Counted from the first letter of the stretch, positions 50,909 through 60,894 are shown. The stretch is DNA of 64,000 nt from Candidatus Poribacteria bacterium (GCA_965208675.1 OZ242351.1:3328001-3392000), one strand, 5' to 3'. Made by a program: numbers and translations. The notes: a model not told the origin generated them from the sequence alone.

Positions 50909-51553
50909 ATGCACCGCCTCTTAAGTTCAAACGAAACCATCGACACAACTACTGTTCAAATCAACGCGCGGCACTTTTTTTATGTCAGCAACATGTTGTC
51001 CCTTGCGAGAATTGGGCTTATCCCGCTCATCGTTTACAGCATCATCCGCCACCAACATTTGATGACGCTGGTGATAGGGGGTCTGGCTATCATCACTGAT
51101 CTGCTCGACGGCTACCTAGCCCGGCGCCTGAACCAACAGTCGGACCTCGGAAAAATTCTGGACCCGATCGCCGACAAATTGGTAATCGGTGTGGTGATTC
51201 TCGCTCTGGTTCTATCGGATCGTAAATTCCCGCTGTGGGCGTTTGCGATTGTCATCATCCGCGACTGTCTAATCGTTATTGGAAACATGATTGTGTTCCG
51301 TCGCAGGAGAATCATAACGAGATCCAATCGTTGGGGCAAATGCACGAGTTTCGTGCTTTCAACAGCTCTGATGCTTTACGTTTTTAATGAATATATTCCC
51401 AATCCAATTCCGTTCTATGTGCTAACCATCGGATTGGTGTTAGCGTTGATTTCAGCGTGGAGCTACGGCAAACGCTGGTTGTATCTTATGCAGTTAAGTA
51501 ATTCCCCTCAGCCAGTGGAAACGATTAACCCCAACAAGTCCCCCTCCGCTTAG
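50909..51553 (+). CDS. pgsA: CDP-alcohol phosphatidyltransferase (PgsA-like)
   Basis: 'TDLLDGYLARRLNQQSDLGKILDPIADK' signature. Confidence 0.88.
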   Translation: MHRLLSSNETIDTTTVQINARHFFYVSNMLSLARIGLIPLIVYSIIRHQHLMTLVIGGLAIITDLLDGYLARRLNQQSDLGKILDPIADKLVIGVVILALVLSDRKFPLWAFAIVIIRDCLIVIGNMIVFRRRRIITRSNRWGKCTSFVLSTALMLYVFNEYIPNPIPFYVLTIGLVLALISAWSYGKRWLYLMQLSNSPQPVETINPNKSPSA

Positions 51554-51575
51554 CGGTAAAAGGAAGAATCGTCGA

Positions 51576-52058
51576 ATGCCAACTACAGTCACTGTGGCTG
51601 AGATTGCGGATTTGATTGGTGTCGAAGACACCATTATCAGGAGAACTATCGAACGGCGCGACGACGATCTTCAACCCTATTTACATGAAGACCCTGAATA
51701 CAACGCCCAAAACCAATCCGATACAGATGCACCGGTTTCCGAGGTGCCAACACCTCTGCTGGATTTAGAAGGGCTGCCGCTTCTAATTACCAAACTTTCC
51801 TTTAATATTCCCACATTGGACATTATCGAAAACCTTGCCTGCCAAGTGTTGCACCTCACAGTCCTGCGAGAGGAAAAGACAGACCTCACGAGTAAAAACC
51901 GAGAACTGCAAGGTCAAAATGCAAAACTTCAAGCGCGTATCAATGATTTACAGCATCAGGTCTCGGAACTGCAAGGGGAATTAACCCGGCAAGCGGAGAT
52001 GCAATCTCGTAGTTGGATTCAGAAACTTTTCAGACGCCCCAATTCTGAGGGTTCTTGA
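51576..52058 (+). CDS. Hypothetical protein with possible N-terminal HTH-like segment and C-terminal coiled coil
   Basis: 'TVAEIADLIGV..TIIRR'; heptad-rich tail ending 'SWIQKLF'. Confidence 0.65.
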   Translation: MPTTVTVAEIADLIGVEDTIIRRTIERRDDDLQPYLHEDPEYNAQNQSDTDAPVSEVPTPLLDLEGLPLLITKLSFNIPTLDIIENLACQVLHLTVLREEKTDLTSKNRELQGQNAKLQARINDLQHQVSELQGELTRQAEMQSRSWIQKLFRRPNSEGS

Positions 52059-52159
52059 AGTTTTCTCGTGTCGTCCAAGCGGCTTTTCCCCGTACCCGTA
52101 TGGTCCAATTATAGCATAGTTCACTCAGCTTATCCATACTATTGGAATCCTCGCCGTAG

Positions 52160-52867
52160 ATGAAGAATCGCAATCAAATCGTCGCACTTGCAGCGGTAAT
52201 ATTGGGTTTGGTATTTCTCTATCAGCCGCGTTATATTCTGCTCAAGGGGATTGCGTTGCTGCTTTTAACCCTGGCTGCAATCTTGTCAGCGACCTCCTTT
52301 TCCAAAAAACGAATTGTCGAAGGCATCGCTGCAATTGGCCTTGGCACCGGATTCATATTCCTTTATCTGCCGGTATCAAAGGACACGCCCATCGTTTCGA
52401 CCCTACACGGGTCGGCGTTTCATCTCCTGTTTGCCAGCGCTATCGCGTTTGGTATGACAACCCGCCTGAAAAAAGCAGCGGCAATCGCCGCTGCAGCTAT
52501 CGCCGTCATTGGACTGGTGTTCCTTTATCAACCTTACGTATTTCTGTTCACGCTGGACATGCCGGAGGAATTCTATTCGCTCAGACAGTTGGAAGATGTG
52601 ATTCGTAACGAAGGTCACCAACTGAAAGAACGTCTTTTCCATCTCGCTCTCCTTCACAAGGATTCCGCTCTTCATTTGATGCTGGCAGGCATGATTATAG
52701 TTGCGGTTGTTTCCCCGCGGAAGGTGTTAATCGAACGCATGTCGCTTGGCGGGATTACACTCGGGTTGGTCTTTCTCTGTCAGCCGTTTTGGATCCTACT
52801 CTACCAAACAGGCTTCCAAATTCTATTGGGCGGGTTAACGGCATTCATCGTCGTCGCGCACCGGTAG
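52160..52867 (+). CDS. Hypothetical membrane protein with internal repeats
   Basis: Repeated 'GLVFL(Y/C)QP' helices. Confidence 0.7.
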   Translation: MKNRNQIVALAAVILGLVFLYQPRYILLKGIALLLLTLAAILSATSFSKKRIVEGIAAIGLGTGFIFLYLPVSKDTPIVSTLHGSAFHLLFASAIAFGMTTRLKKAAAIAAAAIAVIGLVFLYQPYVFLFTLDMPEEFYSLRQLEDVIRNEGHQLKERLFHLALLHKDSALHLMLAGMIIVAVVSPRKVLIERMSLGGITLGLVFLCQPFWILLYQTGFQILLGGLTAFIVVAHR

Positions 52868-53199
52868 GATTAGCGAACAAGCGGTCATTATCACGCCTAC
52901 TCGGGGCATTCCACAGTTCAATGACGGGTGCCCTCTCAAAACGGGAAGCGTGACGAATATTGCCTACGACCTCCCCCGCAGTCCCCCTTGCCAAAAAGCC
53001 GCTTGTTGACAAAGGGCCGACGACACTTGCAGTTTCCAATGCCGCGGCAAATCCAATCGCTAAACACATGTCTCGCGACACCCTCGCAATGAGGCATTCA
53101 AAATTCATGGTAGGGTATCGCTCAGTCCAACGGAACCAACACAGCGGATACGGTGTCTTGTCAGAATTTATTCTAACTCAATCTCTGAAGGAATTAGCA

Positions 53200-53406
53200 A
53201 TGAAAGTTAAGCGGTCTACTGGCATAAAAAGAATTACAATCTTCTGCACATTAATGTTTCCTATCCTTTTTTTGATATTGAATGCGTCATTGGCAAGAAA
53301 TCCTGATGCTAGCTGGGGGTTCACAATCCCGTTGGTAATTCTGCCATTATTCGTGTACAAGGTGGGATATTGGATAGCGGACGGATTTCGACGGGACAAA
53401 GAGTAA
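53200..53406 (+). CDS. Small membrane protein
   Basis: AAGGA RBS, ATG 53200, two TM helices. Confidence 0.5.
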   Translation: MKVKRSTGIKRITIFCTLMFPILFLILNASLARNPDASWGFTIPLVILPLFVYKVGYWIADGFRRDKE

Positions 53407-53478
53407 ACGCCTTTGTTGCCTGTGAAATGATATGCAGCAGCGGTGTTGATGCCTTAAGACTCAAATTTAATTCTCTGG

Positions 53479-54135
53479 CTAGCGCAGTTGCATTATTGCA
53501 TCACACGCTCTCTTTGAATCGTTTCCGTTAAAATCGGGCGCTTGTTCAGAATTGAGTGCCCCATTGTCTTCTAAAGCGGCGGGTTTCCAGGGTTTCCAAG
53601 TGCCCTTTGGTCCATCAAATTTAAGTACCTCTTTCATTCTATCGGCTTCAAATGCGCAATAAAATGAATTAGAATGAACGGCAATCATTGGATAATCTTC
53701 ATACCTGTAGCCATTGGTTTTTAGCCAAAGCCCAAATACGACCGACCGATGATTGCCATCTTCCACTCGGAACGAACAATCAGGATTACGTTTCTTTTCG
53801 CAGCCTAGTTCACAGTTGCGGATTAAAATTCTAGGCATCATGCCGTAATCAAAATCGTACCCCAAGGCAACTAGCCGTTTAAACCACGTTCTAACACCAT
53901 TAACCCTATCTGCCTCGGGCATTATATTGTTCAAAATTTCCCCAGGATTTGAATATGTCCGATTGTCGTTCTTTTCAAAAACACTGTCAATAACTTTGGA
54001 TATCTTCATTCCGCACCACTCATCATCATACTCAAATCGATCTTCAGGATTAGATGAACGCGGATAGAAAAACATCAAATTCCAAAAATCCTTCTCTTCC
54101 AAAGCAAATTTGGTAATAATGTATTCCTGATTCAA
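53479..54135 (-). CDS. Hypothetical protein with a ParB/Srx-like DGNHR motif
   Basis: GGAGG RBS; 'FRVEDGNHRSV'. Confidence 0.6.
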   Translation of the reverse strand: MNQEYIITKFALEEKDFWNLMFFYPRSSNPEDRFEYDDEWCGMKISKVIDSVFEKNDNRTYSNPGEILNNIMPEADRVNGVRTWFKRLVALGYDFDYGMMPRILIRNCELGCEKKRNPDCSFRVEDGNHRSVVFGLWLKTNGYRYEDYPMIAVHSNSFYCAFEADRMKEVLKFDGPKGTWKPWKPAALEDNGALNSEQAPDFNGNDSKRACDAIMQLR

Positions 54136-54341
54136 GATTGGCCTCCTATGTTTTGCAATACTAATGCAAAAGTTTCATGGCAACAATATACACCTAATGC
54201 CATCAAAAAATAGATTAAAGCCACGAAAAAATATAGAGTCTCGAATACCCAATCGGCGTTCCGCAGTTTCTTGTCGAGGATGTAACTTAGGATTTTTCTC
54301 CTTGTAACAATACCCACAATTACTGTTTGAGACACTGCCAT
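54132..54341 (-). CDS. Small membrane protein, shortened paralog of 55755..56084
   Basis: 'IVGIVTRRKILSYILDKKLRNADWVFETL' aligns with 'IIGFVTKRKPLSYILDKKPRKIEWAFETL'. Confidence 0.5.
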   Translation of the reverse strand: MAVSQTVIVGIVTRRKILSYILDKKLRNADWVFETLYFFVALIYFLMALGVYCCHETFALVLQNIGGQS

Positions 54342-54368
54342 TGCAATCCGTGTGGTAATGTAGCGTTG

Positions 54369-54812
54369 TCAATGGGTTGTTGCAGGGGCTACCGTGTCTC
54401 GAATGTGCCTTCCGAGGCGTTGATAGTAAATAAATTTAATTGTGGCACCAAATAAAACATCGTACAAATCTCCCAGATTTGGCATTACAACAATATACAC
54501 AATCACTACTGGAATTAATGCGATAGCAAATCGAATGGATACTACCCAGCCTAAAATGAGATATTTTTTTATTAGGTTGAATCCCTCTTTTCCGCCGTTC
54601 TGCCGATACACGTAGTACGTACCGCCGATTGCGATTATAACGGTTAGGCACAGCGATAGGAAGCCATACCCATTCGATAATCTATCTGCTTCAGAGTAGG
54701 AGCCAAGAGCGAAAAGAACGGCGTAAATTATCAAATAGGGCAGTGCTTCCCTGTCACTAAGAGAATTGGTCCTCAACTTGTGTTTCAGTGGATGGTAGAA
54801 GACAAAATACAT
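54369..54812 (-). CDS. Hypothetical membrane protein
   Basis: GAGG RBS; about 4 TM helices; 'NGGKEG..LIKKY..LGWV'. Confidence 0.7.
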   Translation of the reverse strand: MYFVFYHPLKHKLRTNSLSDREALPYLIIYAVLFALGSYSEADRLSNGYGFLSLCLTVIIAIGGTYYVYRQNGGKEGFNLIKKYLILGWVVSIRFAIALIPVVIVYIVVMPNLGDLYDVLFGATIKFIYYQRLGRHIRDTVAPATTH

Positions 54813-54906
54813 TACCTCAACATACCTCCTTCCTTATTTCAAGAATTAAAGTATTGTTGCAACAGAGAGCAGTCGAACGAAAGAGCCGCGGGGTGCGTTT
54901 TCGCGG

Positions 54907-55305
54907 TTAACTATTTAGTTTTCGGCGTAATGCCGGTCCAAGTAAAATCACCGTCGCGGATCCTACAAATAATCCATTGACTCCACTCAAGATTGTAGAG
55001 TTGAGGTCAGGCGAAACGGTCAAAATTCCAAAGATAAAACCGAACACTCCGCCAAGCAGGAATCCAATCGTATACAACACTTGTGCGGCTCTATTATGTC
55101 CATCGTTTAGTCTGTATGTCCATAGGATTCCGAGAAACCCGCCGTACACTGCCCCGATGGTTGCCAGGACAGGGATGGCACTACCCGGAACTTTGTCGCT
55201 CGACGGAATGATTAATGGGAGCGCCCACAATAACAGCGGCGTTAAAACGGCGCCGCCAAATATGCAAGTGAGGAGCTTGAGGAATATTAATCTACGAAGT
55301 TTCAT
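54907..55305 (-). CDS. Small Gly-rich 4-TM membrane protein
   Basis: AAGGAGG RBS; paralog of 55333 ('ILPS.D.V...IP.L...GAVYG'). Confidence 0.72.
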   Translation of the reverse strand: MKLRRLIFLKLLTCIFGGAVLTPLLLWALPLIIPSSDKVPGSAIPVLATIGAVYGGFLGILWTYRLNDGHNRAAQVLYTIGFLLGGVFGFIFGILTVSPDLNSTILSGVNGLFVGSATVILLGPALRRKLNS

Positions 55306-55332
55306 TTTGACAAATCCTCCTTTTTGCGGGAT

Positions 55333-55710
55333 TTACTTTTTTCTTTTTCGCCAAAAAAATAGTAGAATGGGGATGCTAATAAAGATAGCTGCTCCGCTAC
55401 TAGCAAATGCAGAGTTGTGGTCAATCGAAATTCCGTAGATAAAGCCGTAAAATCCACCCAGCATGAAACCGATGCCGGAAAAGACCATCGCTATTCTGTT
55501 CTGTTCAATCTTGTGCCTGTATGCCCGCAATATGCCGATAACTATACCGTAAACCGCACCCATACCAGTAAGGGCGGGTATTTCGGCAACCCTCACGTTA
55601 TCGGTTGATGGTAGGATAACGGTGCATACCCACGTGAACAACGTTAGGAACGCCGCACCTCCCGCCGCGCAGACGAGGATATTGAGAACTGCTTGTGCGC
55701 GAAATGTCAT
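55333..55710 (-). CDS. Small Gly-rich 4-TM membrane protein
   Basis: GGAGG RBS; paralog of 54907. Confidence 0.72.
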   Translation of the reverse strand: MTFRAQAVLNILVCAAGGAAFLTLFTWVCTVILPSTDNVRVAEIPALTGMGAVYGIVIGILRAYRHKIEQNRIAMVFSGIGFMLGGFYGFIYGISIDHNSAFASSGAAIFISIPILLFFWRKRKK

Positions 55711-55754
55711 AACGAATTTTCCTCCATTGCTCTATTCCATCGTGTCATGATTCG

Positions 55755-56084
55755 TCACCTGTTTTTGTAGTTCGCGTATATGAGCAGACAGAAGTACGCC
55801 ACACTCATTATCAATTGCGCTGAAATAAAGACAAAAATAAGCTGATACGGACGCGATTGACTCACATCGGGAACCATTAGTTTCCAGTAAAACAACAGCG
55901 AAACACCGATTAAAGCCAAGAGAATACGTAGAGTCTCGAATGCCCATTCGATCTTCCGCGGTTTCTTGTCGAGTATGTAACTTAGGGGTTTTCGCTTTGT
56001 TACAAAGCCTATAATTAGATAGATACAAGAGAAGATGAGTGCGGTTGCACCGAAAGCGGCGAATACTAGTAGTATCATGACCAA
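55755..56084 (-). CDS. Small membrane protein
   Basis: AAGGAGG RBS; about 3 TM helices. Confidence 0.65.
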   Translation of the reverse strand: MVMILLVFAAFGATALIFSCIYLIIGFVTKRKPLSYILDKKPRKIEWAFETLRILLALIGVSLLFYWKLMVPDVSQSRPYQLIFVFISAQLIMSVAYFCLLIYANYKNR

Positions 56085-56177
56085 AGCCTCCTTATAGTGC
56101 TGGCAACCTCGTTACCGTGGTGGGGCGATTGAGAAACGTAGGCATGCCGGTATCGTGTAGTCATGAAGGGGTGTCCT

Positions 56178-56525
56178 TCACTTTGAGCGGAATGCGCCGA
56201 TGGCCACGAGCGCCGGTACTGTACCGATATACGCACCCAATATAAGGGCTAACCCTAACAGGTTGTCGTTTCCCACGATAGCCGTAAATACACCTCCCAA
56301 TACAGAACCAGTCACAGGAAAGGCGATAAGGACTTGCCGCGCCGTTTTGTGATTGATTGCCCAAGATATACCGCAACACGCGCCGGCAAGCAGGCACAAG
56401 TTTACTATTCCATAGCTGATTGGGTGTAAGGCTACGTATAACACTCCGCCCGTGAGTGCGCCTCCGACGGCGCAGGTGAGAATTTTGACAAAAACAGGAA
56501 ATGGAATCAGGTGGCGTCTTGGCAT
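56178..56525 (-). CDS. Small Gly-rich 4-TM membrane protein
   Basis: AAGGAGG RBS; 'KILTCAVGGA' resembles 'KLLTCIFGGA' of 54907. Confidence 0.68.
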   Translation of the reverse strand: MPRRHLIPFPVFVKILTCAVGGALTGGVLYVALHPISYGIVNLCLLAGACCGISWAINHKTARQVLIAFPVTGSVLGGVFTAIVGNDNLLGLALILGAYIGTVPALVAIGAFRSK

Positions 56526-56901
56526 TCGAAAGAACCTCCTTTATTTGCGGGTTAGTACCTGTTGGCGGGGGTAGTTCTGCACGCCTAGCTATGGCTTGGC
56601 AATCCGCAAAATAAGATGCCAGCCTACACCCAGCGGCGAGGATGAAAAAGCAAGACGTTGGCGGCCTGTCCGCTATGTGTAAAATTTAGCACACATTTTA
56701 ACGAGCGTCAAGGATTTCTGCCTAACTTTTAATTCCTTGGGCGGCGGAAAACACTGTCGCCGTCGCTATTCGCCCAGTTGACCAATTTTCAGGGGAGAGT
56801 TTGTTGGAGGGAAATTTGGCTTCGCTTTGGGTTCGTTTCGCAAAATGACGGGAATAAGGCTAGCGGTTTTCGGGGCATTTGCAGATTACAAGTTTATCAG
56901 C

Positions 56902-57267
56902 TTTTGTAGGTTGGGTAGAGCGGGTACACCGAAACATGCCCATTATAACCAATCGATTTGTAGGCTAACTTTGTGCAAGATATGTGGGCCGCAGCGAAGC
57001 CCAACGATCAACCGACCGAATACGGAGGGCGATAGTCTTCGTATTTCATAACCTCCGCCACTCCAAAACACATTCCACCTCCCCAATTACCAAACACCCC
57101 CCTTTTTTATTCGAATCAGCCTAGTGGCGGCATCTGTCAACAGGTTACCCGAACGTTCCAAAAACGATGGGTTTTGGAAAAGACTAAAGGAAAACTATCG
57201 CCCTCCCTCTTCGGTCGGTTGATCCTTCGCTATTCGCTCAGTTGATTGCTCTACCCAACCTACAAAA
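56902..57267. mobile_element. REPIN/MITE-like element, copy A
   Basis: Terminal inverted arms TTTTGTAGGTTGGGTAGAGC and GCTCTACCCAACCTACAAAA; about 270 bp highly similar to copy B; contains two inverted copies of the 32-bp repeat. Confidence 0.8.
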
Positions 57268-57360
57268 ACCCGTCCAAACAGGGTTCTAGATTCTATTCGG
57301 TGGGTAAACCGCATGCATCGTCCTCGCGCATCGGTAGGAATTTCTGGATTGCCCATGTTT

Positions 57361-57912
57361 TTAGGATGGGGTGTGCGCCCAAGTGCGGAGTTGGCGATGA
57401 TCATCCGGCGGGGCGCCGTTTTGAAGCCAATCTAGGGGTTCTTCTTCTGTACGGTCTGGATTCACCCAAACAATGTGTTGGATTTCGCCAACACGTTGAG
57501 TAGCGCGGGCAAAACAGCCCCGGACAGTTTCATCAAGAGAGATAATGGTTTGGTCAGTTACTAGCGCTGCTTCGAGGAGGTGGAAATCCTTCCACATCGC
57601 TTTGACCTCATTTTCACGGGATGTTGAAGTTTCGATTTTATTGCACAACGCTTGGTTCAAAGCCGATCCGACATAATGAAATCTCTTTCTAGCAACCATC
57701 GATTTCAGCCATGTGCGTGCAAACACCGATCGAATCCTATTCCATTCCGCCGAAAGTTCGGGGGTCATGACAATGTGATGCCGGCATTCGGTCCGAAACG
57801 ATTCAAGAAATTCGGTGCAGTTGATTGATACCGAAGCCGTTGCCTCCTCTCCGCCGGCAGCCCGTCCAACCGAGACATTCACAACAAGCCGCTTGAAATT
57901 CGTTGGCCGCAT
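57361..57912 (-). CDS. PIN-like hypothetical protein coupled to the AAA ATPase
   Basis: 'LVVNVSV' at the N-terminus and 'KDFHLLEAALVTDQTIISLDE' resemble PIN acidic motifs; start lies 1 bp after the ATPase stop. Confidence 0.55.
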   Translation of the reverse strand: MRPTNFKRLVVNVSVGRAAGGEEATASVSINCTEFLESFRTECRHHIVMTPELSAEWNRIRSVFARTWLKSMVARKRFHYVGSALNQALCNKIETSTSRENEVKAMWKDFHLLEAALVTDQTIISLDETVRGCFARATQRVGEIQHIVWVNPDRTEEEPLDWLQNGAPPDDHRQLRTWAHTPS

Positions 57913-57913
57913 A

Positions 57914-59218
57914 TCATGCTCTTTCAGCCAAACGCAATTGGGCTGCGTTTAGATAACGGCTCTGTGCCTTCAGATCGACATCGTCAAAGTCCTCGGGCCA
58001 GTCCCCGTAAGCCCCCGCCTCGTCGAGATCTGCACAGTTGATTTCGGTGGCGCCGTTTTCGCGCCGTGTGAACCAATGTAGTTTCACCAAATTCGGAGAA
58101 AGGTCTCCTTCGGCAACGAACGTTTGAACCGCCAAAAGCAGCAGCGAACTGTGCGTTTCCGCAACGACGCGAACGCCGCGTTTCGCCGCATCTGCCAGTA
58201 TTTGCGCCAACTTGACTTGTGCACGCGGGTGGAGGTGCATCTCCGGCTGTTCCAGATAGACCAACTGCCCCGGTTCCGCAACAATCAGCGCTACTAATAT
58301 AGGCAACACTTGGGACACACCGCATCCCACATCGGCGATGCTGACCATGTCCGTTTGAGCGGTGCCGCGGTGAGGAAGGCGACCGACTTGCAGTTCGATG
58401 CGGGCGTCCCCGATTTTTTTTGTACCCACCCTGCCGGTAAGCCCAAGCGTGTGAAGAGCATTGGCTAACGTATCCAAGTGTTCATCTGTTGTCTCCTGCC
58501 AACTGTGAATAATACTCGCTACGTAATTCTCAAATGTGCCGAGATATCGTGGACCGGTGCTGGTTAGTTTGTAGAGGCGTTCTGGATTGCCACGTAGTCC
58601 GGGGAGGTGAATACAGTTGACAATGTTAAACGCGAGGTCATGGGTAAAGTCTACCACCTTATGACGATCTTGAGATTCCAAATGCAAAAAACATCGAGAG
58701 CGCCCTACGACATCAAGATCTTCACGCAAATCTTTGGGCATCGAATCTTCTTCAGCCAGCATTTTGATTTTTTCAACCGACATCTCAGGATACAGGGTAA
58801 TGGACTTGAAGGACACCTCCAACGGTTGGTCAGTCTCTAATTTTCTTTCTCTAATCATTTCGGAAAGTTCAATTCCACTTGCCCCTTTTCTGAAAGTCGT
58901 TCTCACCGAAATAGACTCATCACTCTCAATCCGAAGCCGAAAATACTCCGCCCCTTTTTCACCGATTAACTTTGACAAGAATTGCGCCGCCGACGTAAAC
59001 TGCGCATTTGGGCCATCAATCAACAACGGTCCCGGATCATACGGCGCTTCCAGTGTCTGCTTCAGCATCAATAGCGGTTGCATGATGCTCGATTTGCCGG
59101 AGCTATTCGCACCGGCAAGAAGCGTCAGCGGACGGATGTCAATTGCGCACTCGTTCGCGAGTGACTTGAAGCCGCTCACAGTTATCTTGGTAATGCCTTC
59201 GATCGTTTCCTTCGACAT
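57914..59218 (-). CDS. ABC-type AAA ATPase (AAA_15/AAA_21 with DUF3696-like C-terminus)
   Basis: 'GFKS', Walker A 'GANSSGKSS', 'DVGCGVSQVLP', 'EQPEMHLHP..Q', 'ETHS', 'G....WPEDF.D'. Confidence 0.88.
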   Translation of the reverse strand: MSKETIEGITKITVSGFKSLANECAIDIRPLTLLAGANSSGKSSIMQPLLMLKQTLEAPYDPGPLLIDGPNAQFTSAAQFLSKLIGEKGAEYFRLRIESDESISVRTTFRKGASGIELSEMIRERKLETDQPLEVSFKSITLYPEMSVEKIKMLAEEDSMPKDLREDLDVVGRSRCFLHLESQDRHKVVDFTHDLAFNIVNCIHLPGLRGNPERLYKLTSTGPRYLGTFENYVASIIHSWQETTDEHLDTLANALHTLGLTGRVGTKKIGDARIELQVGRLPHRGTAQTDMVSIADVGCGVSQVLPILVALIVAEPGQLVYLEQPEMHLHPRAQVKLAQILADAAKRGVRVVAETHSSLLLLAVQTFVAEGDLSPNLVKLHWFTRRENGATEINCADLDEAGAYGDWPEDFDDVDLKAQSRYLNAAQLRLAERA

Positions 59219-59287
59219 GAGTGAAACGCTCCTTTTCCTCTGGTAAAAATGAGACAACCATCAGGCCGCATCGTGGTAGCTTATCAC

Positions 59288-60559
59288 TTACGGTTGCGGA
59301 GAATTTGATACTGGACTGATTTGTTCTGACAGGTTTGCAGCGAGGACGTTTTCGAACGATACGTTCATGTTTGTCTCCAACTCTTTCGCAGCCGTTCGGT
59401 CTAATCTGAGGTTTTTAAGTGATTCTAGCAGTAACCACGTCTCGCCATGGTTATTATCCGTGTCGGCATAATTGGGATTCAGTTTTATGGCTTTATTATA
59501 GTCTTTAACGGCGCGGTCAACCTCACCTTTGACATCGTAGGCGATACTGCGATTGTAATAGGCATCTGCATAATCTGAATTAAGCCGTATCGCTTTGTCA
59601 AAGTCAGCGATGGCACGGTCAACCTCGCCTTTGCGGCCGTAAACCAGGCCACGGCAGCAATATGCGTCGGCGTGATTCGGCTTTAACTGTATGGCTTTAT
59701 TATAGTCTGTGATGGCGAGTTCATACTCGCCTTTATCATCTTGAATGACGCCCCGATTATGATATGCGTCGGCGTCATTTGGGTTCAAATGTATAACCTT
59801 ATTGTAGTCTTCGATGGCAAGTTCATACTCGCCTCTGTGTCGATGAGTCAAGCCTCGATTGTAATGGGCATCGGCATAATTGGGATCCAGTTGTATGGCT
59901 TTGTTGAAGTCTTTGATGGCAAGGTTATATTCGCTCATTTTATCGTAAACATTGCCCCGGTTGTTATACGCTTTAGCGTCATTCGGTTCCATTTGAATTG
60001 CTCGGTTATAGTCTACAATGCTGTGGTTGTACTCGCCTATGTCAAGGTACGCAGCCCCGCGGTTGAAATAGGCCTCCGGGAATTCCGCATTAAGTTCGAT
60101 TGCTCTGTTAAAGTCGCAAATAGCCCGGTCGTAATCTCCATTGTCCATGTAGAAAACGCCCCGGCTGTAATAGGGGTAGGCGTTATTTGGATTTAATTCT
60201 ATGGCTTTGTTAAAGTCGGTGATGAAATTATCATAATCGCCTTTTTGATGGTAAACCAAACCACGAAAGTAATAGACGTCCGAACATGGGTTCAGTTCCA
60301 TTACAGCGTTAGTTTCCTCAAGGGCTAGATCGTATTCTTCAAGTAAGTAATACATTAAACCGCTCAATGAACGTACTTTGTAAATAAGGTCTTTGTTCTC
60401 ACCCTGCGCTTTGGCGATGCTTTGAAGTGCTAACAAAAATGCGACGGAGTCACCGTCTTTTTGGTATTCCTCTATAGAAACTTCGAGATAGACGATTGCC
60501 TCCTCGCGGTCGGCAAGCCTTTCGACTAGGTAATCGCGGTAGTTTCTCATTCGCCTCAT
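59288..60559 (-). CDS. Fusion of an addiction-module antidote N-terminal domain with about 9 TPR repeats
   Basis: 'YRDYLVERLADREEAIVYLEVSIEEYQKDGDSVAFLLALQSIAKAQG' followed by 34-aa 'AY.NRG..Y...G.Y..AI.D.N.AI.L.P' repeats; ATGA overlap with the toxin gene. Confidence 0.85.
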   Translation of the reverse strand: MRRMRNYRDYLVERLADREEAIVYLEVSIEEYQKDGDSVAFLLALQSIAKAQGENKDLIYKVRSLSGLMYYLLEEYDLALEETNAVMELNPCSDVYYFRGLVYHQKGDYDNFITDFNKAIELNPNNAYPYYSRGVFYMDNGDYDRAICDFNRAIELNAEFPEAYFNRGAAYLDIGEYNHSIVDYNRAIQMEPNDAKAYNNRGNVYDKMSEYNLAIKDFNKAIQLDPNYADAHYNRGLTHRHRGEYELAIEDYNKVIHLNPNDADAYHNRGVIQDDKGEYELAITDYNKAIQLKPNHADAYCCRGLVYGRKGEVDRAIADFDKAIRLNSDYADAYYNRSIAYDVKGEVDRAVKDYNKAIKLNPNYADTDNNHGETWLLLESLKNLRLDRTAAKELETNMNVSFENVLAANLSEQISPVSNSPQP

Positions 60560-60894
60560 TTCGACTGCTCCTTGTATTCCCGCCAATAGGCTTTTGCCCG
60601 TTTTATGTCTCGAACTTGTGAAGATTTGTCGCCTCCGTAAAGTAGCAGCACAAGGGTATTTCCAATTTGTCCGAAATAGACGCGGTAGCCAGGACCAAAT
60701 CGGTAACAGAGTTCAAATACACCACCACCAACTGATTCGCAGTTACTAAAATTGCCAGATTCGATGCGGTCTATTCCGGCTTGAATTCGAGTTCGCGTTT
60801 TTAAATCGGGAATTGATTCAAACCATTGGGTATAGGGCTCTTGACCATTAGGTGTACGGTAGATTTCTAGTTCTCTTGGCTGTACAACGGGCAT
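60556..60894 (-). CDS. RelE/ParE-superfamily addiction module killer toxin (HI1419-like)
   Basis: 'P...W...L.D...R.RI', 'GNF....SVGGGVFEL...FGPGYRVYF', 'LL.GGDKSSQ.RDI..AK.YW'. Confidence 0.92.
   Translation of the reverse strand: MPVVQPRELEIYRTPNGQEPYTQWFESIPDLKTRTRIQAGIDRIESGNFSNCESVGGGVFELCYRFGPGYRVYFGQIGNTLVLLLYGGDKSSQVRDIKRAKAYWREYKEQSK

Noticed and set aside
53479-56525. Integron cassette array
   Set aside because: No integrase in the window and no convincing attC (RYYYAAC...GTTRRRY) sites between the ORFs
56827-57503. Short ORFs 56827..57051, 57195..57404, 57246..57503 (and 61263..61481)
   Set aside because: They lie within or overlap the REPIN elements and have no protein-like features
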